The notes under the pieces: model-generated
The model's database searches: none
The model's input: the letters and a program-made list of their open reading frames with translations, nothing else
What the model was told of the DNA's origin: nothing
Translations under genes and position numbers: made by a program
Origin: Lama guanicoe
Taxonomy: Eukaryota
Assembly (NCBI GenBank): GCA_013239625.1
Contig: MU054187.1
Location: 3,483,757-3,547,756 of the forward strand
Direction: 5' to 3'
DNA length: 64,000 nucleotides
Shown here: piece after piece, positions 26,738-38,973 of the stretch
Position numbering within the stretch: the stretch's first letter is position 1
How the letters are laid out: every line of letters begins with the position of its first letter

Positions 26738-29700
26738 TAGCGAAGCAGGTTGATTTACATTCATGGGCATTTTTCCCCTTTGCTTTAGCCTCTGGAAAAC
26801 CTAAACTTTTGGCGACTTGTCGTCTACGTCCAACAATTGTGCAGAAATGTCTGGTGGGATATAACCTTTAGCTTCTCAGCTGTCTTGGGAGAAGTTCCAT
26901 TTTTTCTCGATTTCATCATAATTTTTAGTCTGTTAATCTATTGATGTAAACCTGACTTAACTCTTAGAGTAGAATATAAATATGTAACTTTACGGGTTTC
27001 TAAGTCAAGGTGGCTGGTTCGTGGATCCTAAAAATTCGAGGCTAGAAACAAAGTGGATGTTTCATATACTTCCTGGCCAGTTGTACGTACAGAATTCAGA
27101 CTCTGCTTTGACTTAACCCTTCTGGTCCTTTCAGTGACACGTTCCCCCGTGACACGTAGGTTTCCATGAGCTCATCTTGTTTTCACAGTGTTCCCTTTTA
27201 TTGGCAAGAGAAACAAAACCAAAAAACCCCCAGTTGTCTCAGCAATGCCCCATGTCTTCCTCTGTGAGAAATTGCTCAACTAAGAGTTATGCAAATGGGG
27301 ATCAGCTCTGCTCCGGGCATAAATTGTCCCCGGGAAGGTCACGTGTCTTCGGTGTATCTGCTGTCCTCAGACGGTCAGGACCCTGGCCTTCTCTCTTACA
27401 GCCTAGCCCCAGCTTCACTCCAGCCTCACCAGCCCCTTCCCTGCCGCTCACCCCATGCCCGCCTTGGATCCGGGCACGGCCGTCCAGCTTGCTTGGAGTT
27501 GAGGAGAAGGGGGCCTGTAGGTATCAGCTGACCCCGCCTCTTGTGTTCACATGGGGACCTGAGTGCTTGTCGCCTCCTGGGGCAGACAGCAGGCCCTTGC
27601 CGTCCCTCCAGCGCGCACTCGGGTGCATCTCCTGCACCTTGAGCCGTTCTCCTGATGTCTGATAAAAATCTTCATGATTGACACTTCATTTCCTACTTTG
27701 TCTAGTTTGCATTCTTTTTTTATTGAAGTAGAGTCAGTTTACAATGCTGTGTCAGTTTCTGGTGCACAGCATCATGTTTCAGTCACATGTATACGTACAT
27801 ATATTCGTTTTCATGCTCTATTTCATTTCCCATTAATCTTAGCAAAGACTATAGCCTCCAGCTGCATCCTCTCCATATTATTTACTCCCACGGGTGGTCC
27901 GGGTTTGAAGGGCCTTTGGCCATGGGTTCAAGTTCTCTTGTTTTAAAATTTTCATCCATTTTTGTACAAGTTTATATATGTGTGTGTGTTACATTTATAT
28001 ATATATCATAGAGACACACTGTATATGTGTGGGTGTATAAACTTATGTATAATTTAGGCAAAATGAAAAACATCTTTTAAAATTTTAGAGTGAGGGTGAT
28101 TAAACACCTGACCTAAGATCCTTTGAACTTTGGGTGGGGTGTGTGGGTGTGTGTACACGTACATATATATACATCTGTGAATATGAAATTATATATATAT
28201 GTATACAATAAGAAGATGAAAAAAGGAAAACCAGAAACACCTGCAGTCCCCGCCCCCTGCGGACGAGCACTGTGACATTTTAGGGCATTTCTTCCTGGAT
28301 TTTTTCCTTCCTGTCTGTATCTTTTCTCCTCAGAAAAGTGGTGTCAGGCTGTATGTATTGTTTTTAAACTTAAATATATTGTGAATATCTTTTTGTATCA
28401 ATAAATACACATGTGCAACATTTTAATGACAACTAGGATTTTTTTGTGTTGAGGTATCCCATTCTAGATCAATTTTACAAAAGTCAGCTGCCTGAAGGCT
28501 AATTTGATGAATTTTTCAAATGTTCCAATTTACCATAAGATGTATTTCTTTTAAGTACTTGAATCTTATTTGTTTTTTCTTTTTTTTAATTTCTGTTTTT
28601 AAAGAACTTTGTACATTTTTAATGTTCTCCTGCTAGTTCATCAAATGGCATATCAACTCTGAGGGTCCTGCAGTGAAAAAACTTAAAAATTAAGTTTACA
28701 TGTAAGTTTCGAGGCATCAGAAAGAAGTTGGAAATGATAAAACATTCCCCACACATACGCCACACTAAAACTCTGATTCTAGGGAGAAATCAGGGGGTGT
28801 CGACCTGTCAGCTGTTTGCAAAATCATTTGACATGAAAGGATAGAACAGCCCTGAGATGTGGAAGGGAAGTGAGGGTGTATAGAGGAATTTCTAGAAAGA
28901 AGCAGAAGACTTGAGCCTCACACGTAACCCAAAACACCACGTCACTAAGGTCAAAGAATTTTTAGAAAATAGCTTGAAATCCTGAAAGGATGAATGAAGT
29001 TAGGAAATGAACTAGGAAACTAAGAAACTACCATGTCTCATTGCACTTAAGCTACTAATTACTGTTTTTAAAATTACATTCATAAATATTTTAATTTTAG
29101 TCTCTAAAAGGTAAAGAATCTTGTTTTCGACATAAATTTAATACCATTATTAAACAAAAGTAAGTCCTCAGCATCATCAAATATTCAATAAATTATCAAA
29201 TTTCTCCAATTATCTCATATTCTTAATAATTAGGCTACTAATTACTGTTAAGTAAGGCTAACATAGTCCTACGAAGACACAACAATTCTTAGCTTCTGAA
29301 AATAGAACATTCCTTACAAAGTATCACAGAAATCTTCAAAAGCTTTTTAAAGCAATTACTTCTGGTAAGAAGTGTCACACCTTTAAGCTGTTAAAAGCTA
29401 CTCTAACTGATACTAATACAGCATAAGCTGAAGCTGCTGGAACATCCTGTCTAGTACGAAATTATATAAACCTCACAAATAGTTAAAAGATGCACATTTT
29501 GGTAAATTGATCATCTTGTAAAATGAAAATCCCCAGAGAACCGGCTTTGGGTGAAACGGATTTTGAGAGCTGGTCTACATTTATTTAACCAGTGGCCTGT
29601 TATTTGGCAAACAAGTCTGTTTCTGATTGTTCGGTGTTACAGTCTCACAGCGAGAGTCCTTTTCTGAGGAGCCTTGTGTGACTGCTCAGTTACTCTCAGC

Positions 29701-31310
29701 GTTTATTGCTGGGACTGCTGATGTTGTGTTAGGACGTGGATACACTTGAAAGGACCTTGACAGGTGTCATCAAGGTAGAGACCGTATCACGTACTCTCTC
29801 AGGCCAAGTCCGGTGATTTCTTGATGGTAAGGACATCAGAGGGCAGAAACGAGAGTGAGTTTGCCCGTAATTACAGGGCTGTCCAGGCTGACCCGGCAGC
29901 CAGGCGTCCTTCTTCCGAACTTCTCTGCTCTCTTCAGGCAAGAGCCAAATGTCTCCTCCACTTTCTCTGTGCTGGACGCCAAACCTCCAGGTGTTTGAAC
30001 CTCATCTCCTCTGCAATCCTCTTGTGCTTCTTTTCTGGACTCACTCGAATAAATGTAGTGGCTGAAACTGTACTGGTTTGTTAAAGTTCCGATATGCACA
30101 GTCAGTCCGCTGCGTTTACGCATCGCTTTCTCAGAACATCTCTGTATCAGGTTAGCGCTACGTTTTTATGCTGCGCATTCATGCTGTAGCTCACTGGCTA
30201 ACCCGAGTCTTCCCGCAGCTGTGCCTTTGTCTCAAAGCACAAAATAAAGAAATGGTTTCAAATCGGATAAAGACATCAGCAAACATAAGGTCAATTAAAA
30301 CGTATCAGATTTTGATCATAAAGGCATAAAGAAAAAGTAATGAAGAGGGAAAAAGCCATACTGCATGGCATCTGTCTCTTTTGGGGGGGTCATTTTTCTT
30401 AATTAATTTTTTTATGGTCCACTTCATGTACGTACCATAAGTTCACCCTTTTAAGGGGTACAGTTCGGTGGGTTTTAGTCTGTTCACGAGGCTGTAAAGC
30501 CATCACCACTGTCTAATTCTGGAACCAATGGCATCTTGTGCATAGCAGGCCTGTAGAATTTACACACTGCAATTCAGCTGTGCAACAAAAAAAAAAGAAG
30601 AAGAACAAAAAGAAAAGAAGACTTCACATTCTCCACATCTTCTCTCTTCAGAGCTCTGAAGAGCAGCAGGTGGGAAAACAGCCTTCTGTCTGCCAACAGG
30701 GTTCAAGTCTTTTCCAGCTTAAATAGTCTCTTTCCCATCCTGATTCCGTTTCTTTACGGTAAGAGCTTGGGCCTTCATGTTTCTTCTGCTCCTTTCCAGG
30801 CTGTAGGTAGATGCAGGGTTTCTCCTGTGCGGCTTGGGGAGAAAGAAGCCACAGACTCTTTCCACGTTCTTGGAAAGTCCTGCTGACGCAGGGCTGGTGC
30901 TGGCTGATGTCAGGGCTACTATTCTAGCCCTCCGCCCACCCCGAGAGCAAATGGATCACATCGGGACTCTCAGAAACGTCTGGATCCCCTTAAAACCTTC
31001 CGCAGACGGAGTAAGGGGAGCCTCCGGCATTGGGTCTTGACACCCACTTCCCTTCCTGCTCCAGCCTGTGTGAGACCCAGAGCAGAGGGGAGCCTCCTTC
31101 AGGCTGGGGGAGGGGACGAGGCCCTGTAATGATAAGCATGTTCTTGAAGCCACTTCCCACCCCACCTCCCACCCAGTTGGTTCTTCATAGGAAAAGAGGG
31201 TGGAGGGTGGCAGGCCCTGTGGACACTGGTTCTGTCCCAGCCTTAGTCTTTCTAAGGAGCCTTCAGGCTCCTCTCTCTCACTTCTTGTAAACCAGAAAGT
31301 ACATCTTTTA

Positions 31311-31911
31311 GACACAGGTACCCCAATGTTCACAGGAGCACTATTTACAATAGCCAAGATATGGAAGCAACCTAAATGCCCATCGATAGGTGACTGGGTA
31401 AAGAAGATGTGTATACACACACACACACACACATATACACACAATGGAATACTACTCAGCCATAAAAAAGAGTGAAGTAATGCCTTTGCAGCAACATGGG
31501 GGGACCCAGAGATGATCATACCAAGTGAAGTAAGTCAGACAGAGAAAGACAAATATCATGTGCTATCACTTATATGCAGAATCTAAAAAAATGGCACAAA
31601 TGAACTTATTTACAAACCAGAAATAGATGCACAGACATAGAAAACAAACTCTGGTTACCAAAGGGGAAAGGAGTGAGGGGTAAATTAGGAGTCTGGGCTT
31701 AACACGTACATACTCTACTGTATATAAATAGATACACAACAAAGACCTACTGAGGAGCACAGGGAGCTATATCCAATATTTTGTAATGACCTATAATGAA
31801 AAAGAGCCTGAAAAAGAATATATATATTTATATATCTGAATCCCTTTGCTGTACACCTGACACTAACACAGCACTGTAAATCAATTATACTTCAATAAAA
31901 AACCTTTTTCT
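31311..31911 (+). mobile_element. L1 3' portion with 15-bp TSD
   Basis: Encodes TPMFTGALFTIAKIWKQPKCPS; AAAGTACATCTTTTA at 31296-31310 and AAAGTACTTCTTTTA at 31912-31926. Confidence 0.9.
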
Positions 31912-34309
31912 AAAGTACTTCTTTTAAATCGCATGCCCCTTCCTTCTGGGGGGAGCCCAATGTGACCTTAGTCACAGACTGGAGGTGACACCCATACCCA
32001 AGGAGCAGCCTTGTGGTCCAAGTCGTCCACGACTTGCACTTGATCTGGAACCCAGAGGAAACCTGGGAGCCAGGGATTGCCAGGTACCACAGTGACAGGC
32101 ACTGTTGCTGGGTCATATGGTGTTTCGACCTTGGGGGGACCTTATATCAGAAGCTGGTCAAGTAAGAAAGCCAGGCTCTGGAGCCAGATGGACCAGGGTC
32201 ACCGGCTTTCCAACCATGACAACAATGGCTTTCGGGTGATTTTATCGAGGAAACTTATCGAGAATGATTGAAAATGATTACCATTGTGTGTAAGGAAAAA
32301 AAATCTAAGCTGCCTAAGGAAAGAGGGTTTTTTCAATTCTCTCTCTTGCAAAAGGAATTTAGGAAAATTGACCAAAGACAAGACAACAAGTTGGAACTGG
32401 TGACACTGGTGGTGGAGTGTGGCCCTGGTGCTGTCTCCTCTGCTGCCGTCCCGAGGATGCTAGTGAAGCTTTTCCCACCCCTCTTCTCTCTGGAAGGTAG
32501 TTTGGAGGAGACATCGTGACTCCTCTGTAGATTCTGCTTCTGTGGAAAAATCTCTAAAGTCTCGTTCTAGAAAGTAAAGCAAGAAGGAGAACGCTCGAAG
32601 GGTGTCTGAAAGGCTTCTGTTTGGGGGGGCCAAGTCCATCTCTTGAGATACGTAACTGGGCCCAGACTGCACACAGGACACTGTTTTAGGGACACATCCT
32701 ATAAATTGACCCTTGAACCAAACTCAGCCTACTTTTGAAGATCGAGACCACTTTTGTTTGGGATCCTCACCACCCTCTCCATGTCCTTGGGGCGCCCTTT
32801 CTCTTTCTATGGCTCCCTAATTCAGAAAACTTTTGGAGATGAGCTCACAGCACAGACACAAGGCCTTGGGTGGATAGAGTTGCAGCTTTGAGGCCAAAGG
32901 GCCAAGTTCTACTTTGACAGGGGACCTTTGATCACTGGGCACAGGTCCTTTTCAGGGGGTGTTGACCACGTCTGTACCGAGCCAGGCACAAAGCGGGCAA
33001 TTCCTTGTTCTTTTTTCTCCCACGCTCCATCCCTCTCCCACCCCAGAGACATTTCTGGCTACTCCAGAATGACGCGTGATGTTGCGTGACGTTGCAAGGT
33101 CAGGCAAGAGAAGGGCGGAGACAGGAGGAAGACCTCAGAGCTCCCGGTGAGCCTCTGGACGAGAAACGCCCTTGTTGCTGGGGAAACTCAGTGCAGATGT
33201 ATGCACTCAGCTTGGGAAGTTGTGATAAAGTGGAAAAATGTTTTTAGTTTCTTTTTGGCTGCCAGGATAAAGGCAGAAAATGCGTAAATTGTCATAAAAA
33301 CAAAACGCGGTAGCAACAGCTCTTTTGTAGCGCTTTGTAAAGGCAAGAAATTTAGGGGTTAAATTCTAGTAACCGTGTTTTAAACTGTTAAGATCTAGGA
33401 GTGTGTGAAATCACTGCTAAAACATGGATTAAGATTCCCTAGGGGAGAGTGGCATCCAATTTCCTGTTTTTGATTTCTTTAAGCTCTGAGAAGATGAGAA
33501 ATTGGTGATTTTAAAGTCTTTATGTAGCCCAGAAGGAGGTGAATTTGTAAGATTTTAGACTGAAATAGATATGATGGAATATTTTTTAAGCTTGTGAAAC
33601 TTATGACAGCGAACAAAATATTGACCAAAATTTATGTCATACAAATGCAAACTCAGGAACCTTTTTCATCGCTTTCATCGCACAGTGTCTTCTCTTCCTT
33701 CATCACAGAGTAGTGTATGCATTTACCTTCAGGTCATCATGTTGTGCAAGCGCACAGCAGAGCGACATGCCATCTAAGGTGCCTTGACCGAAAGAGGGGA
33801 GAGGGGACGCTTTGTCCATTTAGACCATCCAGGTGGCCCATGACAGCCAAGGTGAGATGGAGAAGTACCCCTGCCGTTCGCTCTTTGGGGCGAGCTGGGG
33901 TTTCCTTGTGCATCTCATCATGAGATTGTTTCTCTCCCAGTGTTGGGAGGAAATCTGGTATTCGGGCCACGCTGATTTATGTATTTAACAAACATGTATC
34001 TGGCTCTCCCGGGGTCCCGTTTTAAGTATACTTGTAAGTACTTTATAAGTGTTAACTAATTTAATGCACCTAACCCTAGTAACAACCTAAGGAGCTAGAT
34101 GGATTTGTCTCCATTGTTCAGAAGGAAACTGAAGCACAGAGAGATTAGGCAACTTATCCAGGATCACACAGTTAAACAATTGAGGGACGGGACCCAGGAT
34201 TTGAGTTATACAATCCAACTCCACAGTTCTTACTCTGGGATATTTTGCAAATTGTAATATCTTCCTTTAGAAATTTTAAAAGAAAATTTCTATATAGGAT
34301 CTTGCAAAA

Positions 34310-34440
34310 GGGGAGGATATAGTTTGGTGGTAGAGTGTGTGTTTAGCATGCACAAGGTCCTGGGTTCAATCCCCAGTTCTTACACTAAAATAAATACATA
34401 AACCTAGTTACTTCCCCCCACCAAAAAAATTAAGAAATAA
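34310..34440 (+). mobile_element. tRNA-derived SINE (Vic-1-like)
   Basis: GGTAGAGTG...TTAGCATGCACAAGGTCCTGGGTTCAATCCCCAG and the family tail. Confidence 0.85.
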
Positions 34441-37149
34441 GAAATGTATTTGCAGGCTAAGTAAAGCTCCTATTCTGGAAATTCTGAAACTTCAAAAACA
34501 AAGTGCATCTATATAGGATCTTGCCCCTTACAAGTGTTTTTAGAACCTGACCAACATGGTGGTGGGTATCCTTTTAGACACTTTTCTGTGCACATTAAAT
34601 ATATATGGATACAAGTGTGATTATATAAGTTAATTGACATATGTATATAAATAAATTTTTTCAATCAGTAGTGATTAATGGTCAGGGACATCCAAATTAT
34701 AAACATCTCTTTTTTTCACCCACCTCTCTCTCCTAATGTGAGGGACTACCCCTGCTGATGGACATCTAGAATGTCCTTGTCTGTAATGGAAATAACTCTA
34801 ACGTGAACACTCTTGTGCCCCGTGCCAGGGTATTTAGAGAACAAATCCTCTACAAGTTCTCACCATAAAAACAAACCCCAAACCCCCCTAACTATGTGAG
34901 GTGATGGATGTGTTAGCTAACTGTGTGGAGGTAATCGTGTCACAACACATGCGTATATCAAATCATCACGCTGTGCACCTTAAACTTACGCCGTGGTTTA
35001 TGTCAGTCATATCTCAGCAAAGCTGGAGGGGAAGAAGAGAAAACATCCCCAGAAGGGGAATTCCAGGTGAACAGCTGCCTCTTTGCCGAGCAGATGGATA
35101 ACTGGAGGGCGCTGTTTGGTCTCACCAGAGACAGCAGGGAGATGAACGAGGAGGCTTTTATTCCAGAGTCTATTTGTTGTTGTTGTTGTTGTTTTTAAGG
35201 ATTTTAGTTTCTAAGGCCCTTAAATGAGGATGAGGCAGCCCTAATGCTATCTGTCCCAGTGAAGGAAACTCTTGGACAGAAAAGTCACCTGCTCCCATCT
35301 TCTGGATATGCTGGAGGATGTCCCTTGGGGTTGCCGAGCTGTCTGTGTGTCTTCGTCCGTCTGGTTGAGCTTATGTGATGAACACCCCAGAGCTGTATTT
35401 GCATGGGAGACCCTCAGGTATCATTATGATTAACCCAAAGTAGAATGTGCCTTCATTTACTGTTAAGAAAAAAAGGAAGGCATTGCCATCTACGTCATTG
35501 ATGGCACTTCATGTAAATCCCATCATAAGAAACCAGAATTCTTACGCAGGGGCTGCCCTTTCCAGTGAGGACCCAGGCCAGCTTCCGCTTCCCCCGGTGA
35601 GAGCGCTGTGACGCAGGCTGCCCTCTGGCTCTTCCTGGCAGGAAGCCCGCTGCAGCAAATCCAGTGCCCACTGTGACCACGGCCAGTCATTTAATCTCTC
35701 GCAGCCTCAGTTTGCGCCTCTGTAAAGTGAGGTTTCTTTGAGGATTAAATGAGATGATCAGAAAATCACATACGTTTAATTGAAAAATACTAACGTGCAA
35801 ATCATGGTGAAGCCTTGCTCCTACCACTCGCAAACTTGTGACCATGTTCTCAGTGTTTGTTGAGGGTGCCTTGTGTTTTGTGCTTTTCTGGTACCTTCAC
35901 ACCACGTAAAGAATTGAGGACCCGGTGTGAGCTGCTGTTGTTTATCCCATGACACAAGGAGATGCTCTCTGAGCTTCCTTGCTGGGGTGTCTGAACTGCA
36001 GGGCCCCAAACTCAAAGCTCAGTGCCAGTGGGTGTCGTCAGGCAGGGCGGCTCCACCAGAGCCACGGTAACTCCATATGGGGCGCCTCTGTTTTTCTCTA
36101 CAGTGTGTACATTTGGTTCTCAATTATCCATGGTGATGCAGGAGGGGAAATCATGAAATATGAATAAATGATAATCTGCGGATTATACCACCCCTCACCC
36201 ATCCACCTGCTTTGTATTTTCATCCTCTGTCTTCTTTCCCACGGCCACTGCCCTCGGACGGTCGCCATCACCCCTTCAGAGGTCTGGGTCACCGATTCCT
36301 TGCTTTATGCCTGTTAACTAACACCCACAAAATGCCTTTCTGATCTCATCTCCTGCCTACGCGCACGCACACACACACACACTCCAAAGGGGTTTCTAAT
36401 ATTTTGAAAAAATTTTTGCATAAAGTTGTACATACTATCCTCTTACTTTCTCTCCCCTCCAACTTTTTATTTTGAAAATTTCAAATGTACAAGAAAAAAG
36501 GAGTATCTTCATCTAGATTCACTCATTTTACAAGTATTTTGCCACAGTTGTCCCCACCTCCCCCCCCCCCTTCTCTTTTTCATCTTGGTGGAAGTGTTGC
36601 AAGCTGCAGACACCATGAGCCTGCGTCCCTGCACACCTCACGTGCAACTCCTTAGATGTGGACATTCTCCCGCGTGGCCGCAAAACCATCATCATGCCTG
36701 TAAAACACACAACCCCCATGTTCACACATGTTCAGATTTCCCCCAGTGATCCCAGCCTCGTGTCCTCCCCGCTCCCCCTCCCGGCCCCACCGAGGATTCA
36801 TTCAAGGTTCACACACCGTCTGTCTCTCAGTAAAGAATGGTTCTGCCTCTTTCCCCTCCCCTGTACTTTTTGAAGTGTCCAGGCTTTGGGCACATCCTGG
36901 ATTTGTCTGATCCTTTTGTTCCCCTAGCCTCTGTGTTTTCTAGAAACTAGAAGTTAGTTCTGGAGGTCTCTGTCTCTCCGTCACTTATAGAACAACGGCT
37001 GGAGCAGGGGGCGTCTCTTTTGCTTTTCCTCGCCCAGCCGGAGAGGGGTCCGGATGAGCTTGTAGCAGCCCCCAGTGCAGCAGCCAGAGCGCTCGGTCCA
37101 TTCACCCTCCGCATGAGCACTGGGAGCACCTGCTCCGAGCAGGGCTGTT

Positions 37150-37570
37150 CTCGGCGCTGGGCACATCGCAGTGGGGAGGGAGGCTGTGCGCCGGGCGGGT
37201 CGGCTTCGGTTCCGCCGGGGAGTCGACCTTAAATAAACTCGCGTGTAGCAGAACGCCGGTCATGATAAGAAGGATGGGCGTAAAGTGTGAGGAGCGGGCA
37301 GAGGGATGACCTTTTCCATAGCATGGTTAGCGAAGACCTGTCTGGGAGGTAACATTGTGTCCAGATCTGGAAAACAGGCAGCGCTGGAAAGTGCCAGAGC
37401 CCGCGGGGTACGGGGGCTGCCCGGGGCCGGCGCGCGTGCGCGGTGGAGAAGGGCGCGCGCAGGCCGGGCGCGCGCGTCCCGGGGACCCTGCGGGGCCCTC
37501 CCCTGGGGCTCGGGGCCGCCCTTCCCCCTGCCGCGTTCCCCCGGTCGTGCAGCACCGTTTTAAAGTGGGT
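37150..37570. promoter_or_regulatory. CpG island-like segment about 1.3 kb upstream of exon 2
   Basis: Dense CGCG runs at 37400-37560; GGGCGG near 37193. Confidence 0.6.
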
Positions 37571-38099
37571 GAGTTAAGTACAGCTTTTTTGGGGGGTGAG
37601 GGTGGGGTTAGAATTGGTCAAAAAGAACTCGCCTGTTTATTCACAGATCAACAAGAAAACTCATCTCCATTTCAGAAACTTTAGCATGCGGAAAAAAAAG
37701 TGCTGTTTTGAGTCAAAGAAGCACTTGCTTCCCCTTTATTTTGGGAACTACAGCTCGCTAGTTTCAGAAAGAGGTGTGACCGTCCTTAGAGGCTTCCTAG
37801 GCAACCAATGAAATGATAAACAAGGTGAGGGGTGCGGACCTCGTGGAAGCCCTCAGGACCAAATGCAGGGTGAGCTGGGGCGACAATGCAGGGAGGATGA
37901 CAGTCAGAGAAGATCCCCTGAGGTGTCCTGGAACAATTTCTCCTTCAGGAGGCACCCCTCATTTCCTCCTTCCTAGACCAGACCACACCAGTATCTCCTC
38001 CTTTATTTCCATCTGTGGTGAAGGCCACCGTTTCCCCAGACCCCAAGCCACATTCCGCTGGAACCAGGTTCTGTGCATTCTGGCTCTTAATCATCCTTG

Positions 38100-38662
38100 C
38101 CTTTGAAGCCCTAGGCGCCCTCACTTTGCTTTGCAAAATGTCACTTGTCTTCAAGGAAAAGTAACAGCTCCTCACGTTGCACCCAAGCCGTGCCCCCCTC
38201 CAGCCCCCCTCCTGGACTTTCCCTTCTTGCTCCCTGAAGGGATCAGCTCCAGCTAGTTCCCTGAAGAGATGAGACTGAACTAGTTCCCGGAAGGGGTCAG
38301 CTTGAAGCAGTTCCCTGAACAGGCCATGCTGTCTCAGGGCCAGTGCTTTGCATGTGAGGTTCCTTCTTCCTGGAAAATCCCTTTGCTGACTTTGCCACCT
38401 GGCTGACATCACTCCCGTTTTGATTCACAGCGTTTGCCTCTGGACACCCCCCTCCCCGACCACATGTTTTTCCTCTTGCTGGAGTTCATGTGTCTCCTAT
38501 GTCCTGTGCATCCTCTGTCACTGACTTGCCACCTTGGATTGTCATTTTAATTCACGCACCTTTGCCACAAGAATATGAATGTCTTTGGGGCAGGCAGTAT
38601 GTCTTGCCAACATAAAACTCATGCTCAATAAACAGTTGTTGAATGAATGAATAGCTGAATGA
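38100..38662 (+). mobile_element. L2 3' remnant
   Basis: gctttgcatgtgaggttccttcttcctggaa block and the terminal gctcaataaacagttgttgaatgaatgaat. Confidence 0.65.
38230..38320. repeat. 27-bp degenerate tandem repeat, about 3.3 copies
   Basis: (T/C)TCCC(T/G)GAA recurs at 38230, 38257, 38284 and 38311. Confidence 0.8.
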
Positions 38663-38721
38663 ACGAGCAGCCGGGTTGTGAGCAGTGCCAACCTTTGAGT
38701 TTGTTAAACCACCTGTGATGA

Positions 38722-38973
<252 letters not shown>

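Noticed and set aside
794..38412. Numerous 60-214 aa ORFs in intron 1 (e.g. 1519-2163, 19298-19804, 22714-23220)
   Set aside because: No recognisable domains. They are explained by GC-rich stop-poor sequence or L1 remnants, and many begin at non-ATG codons.
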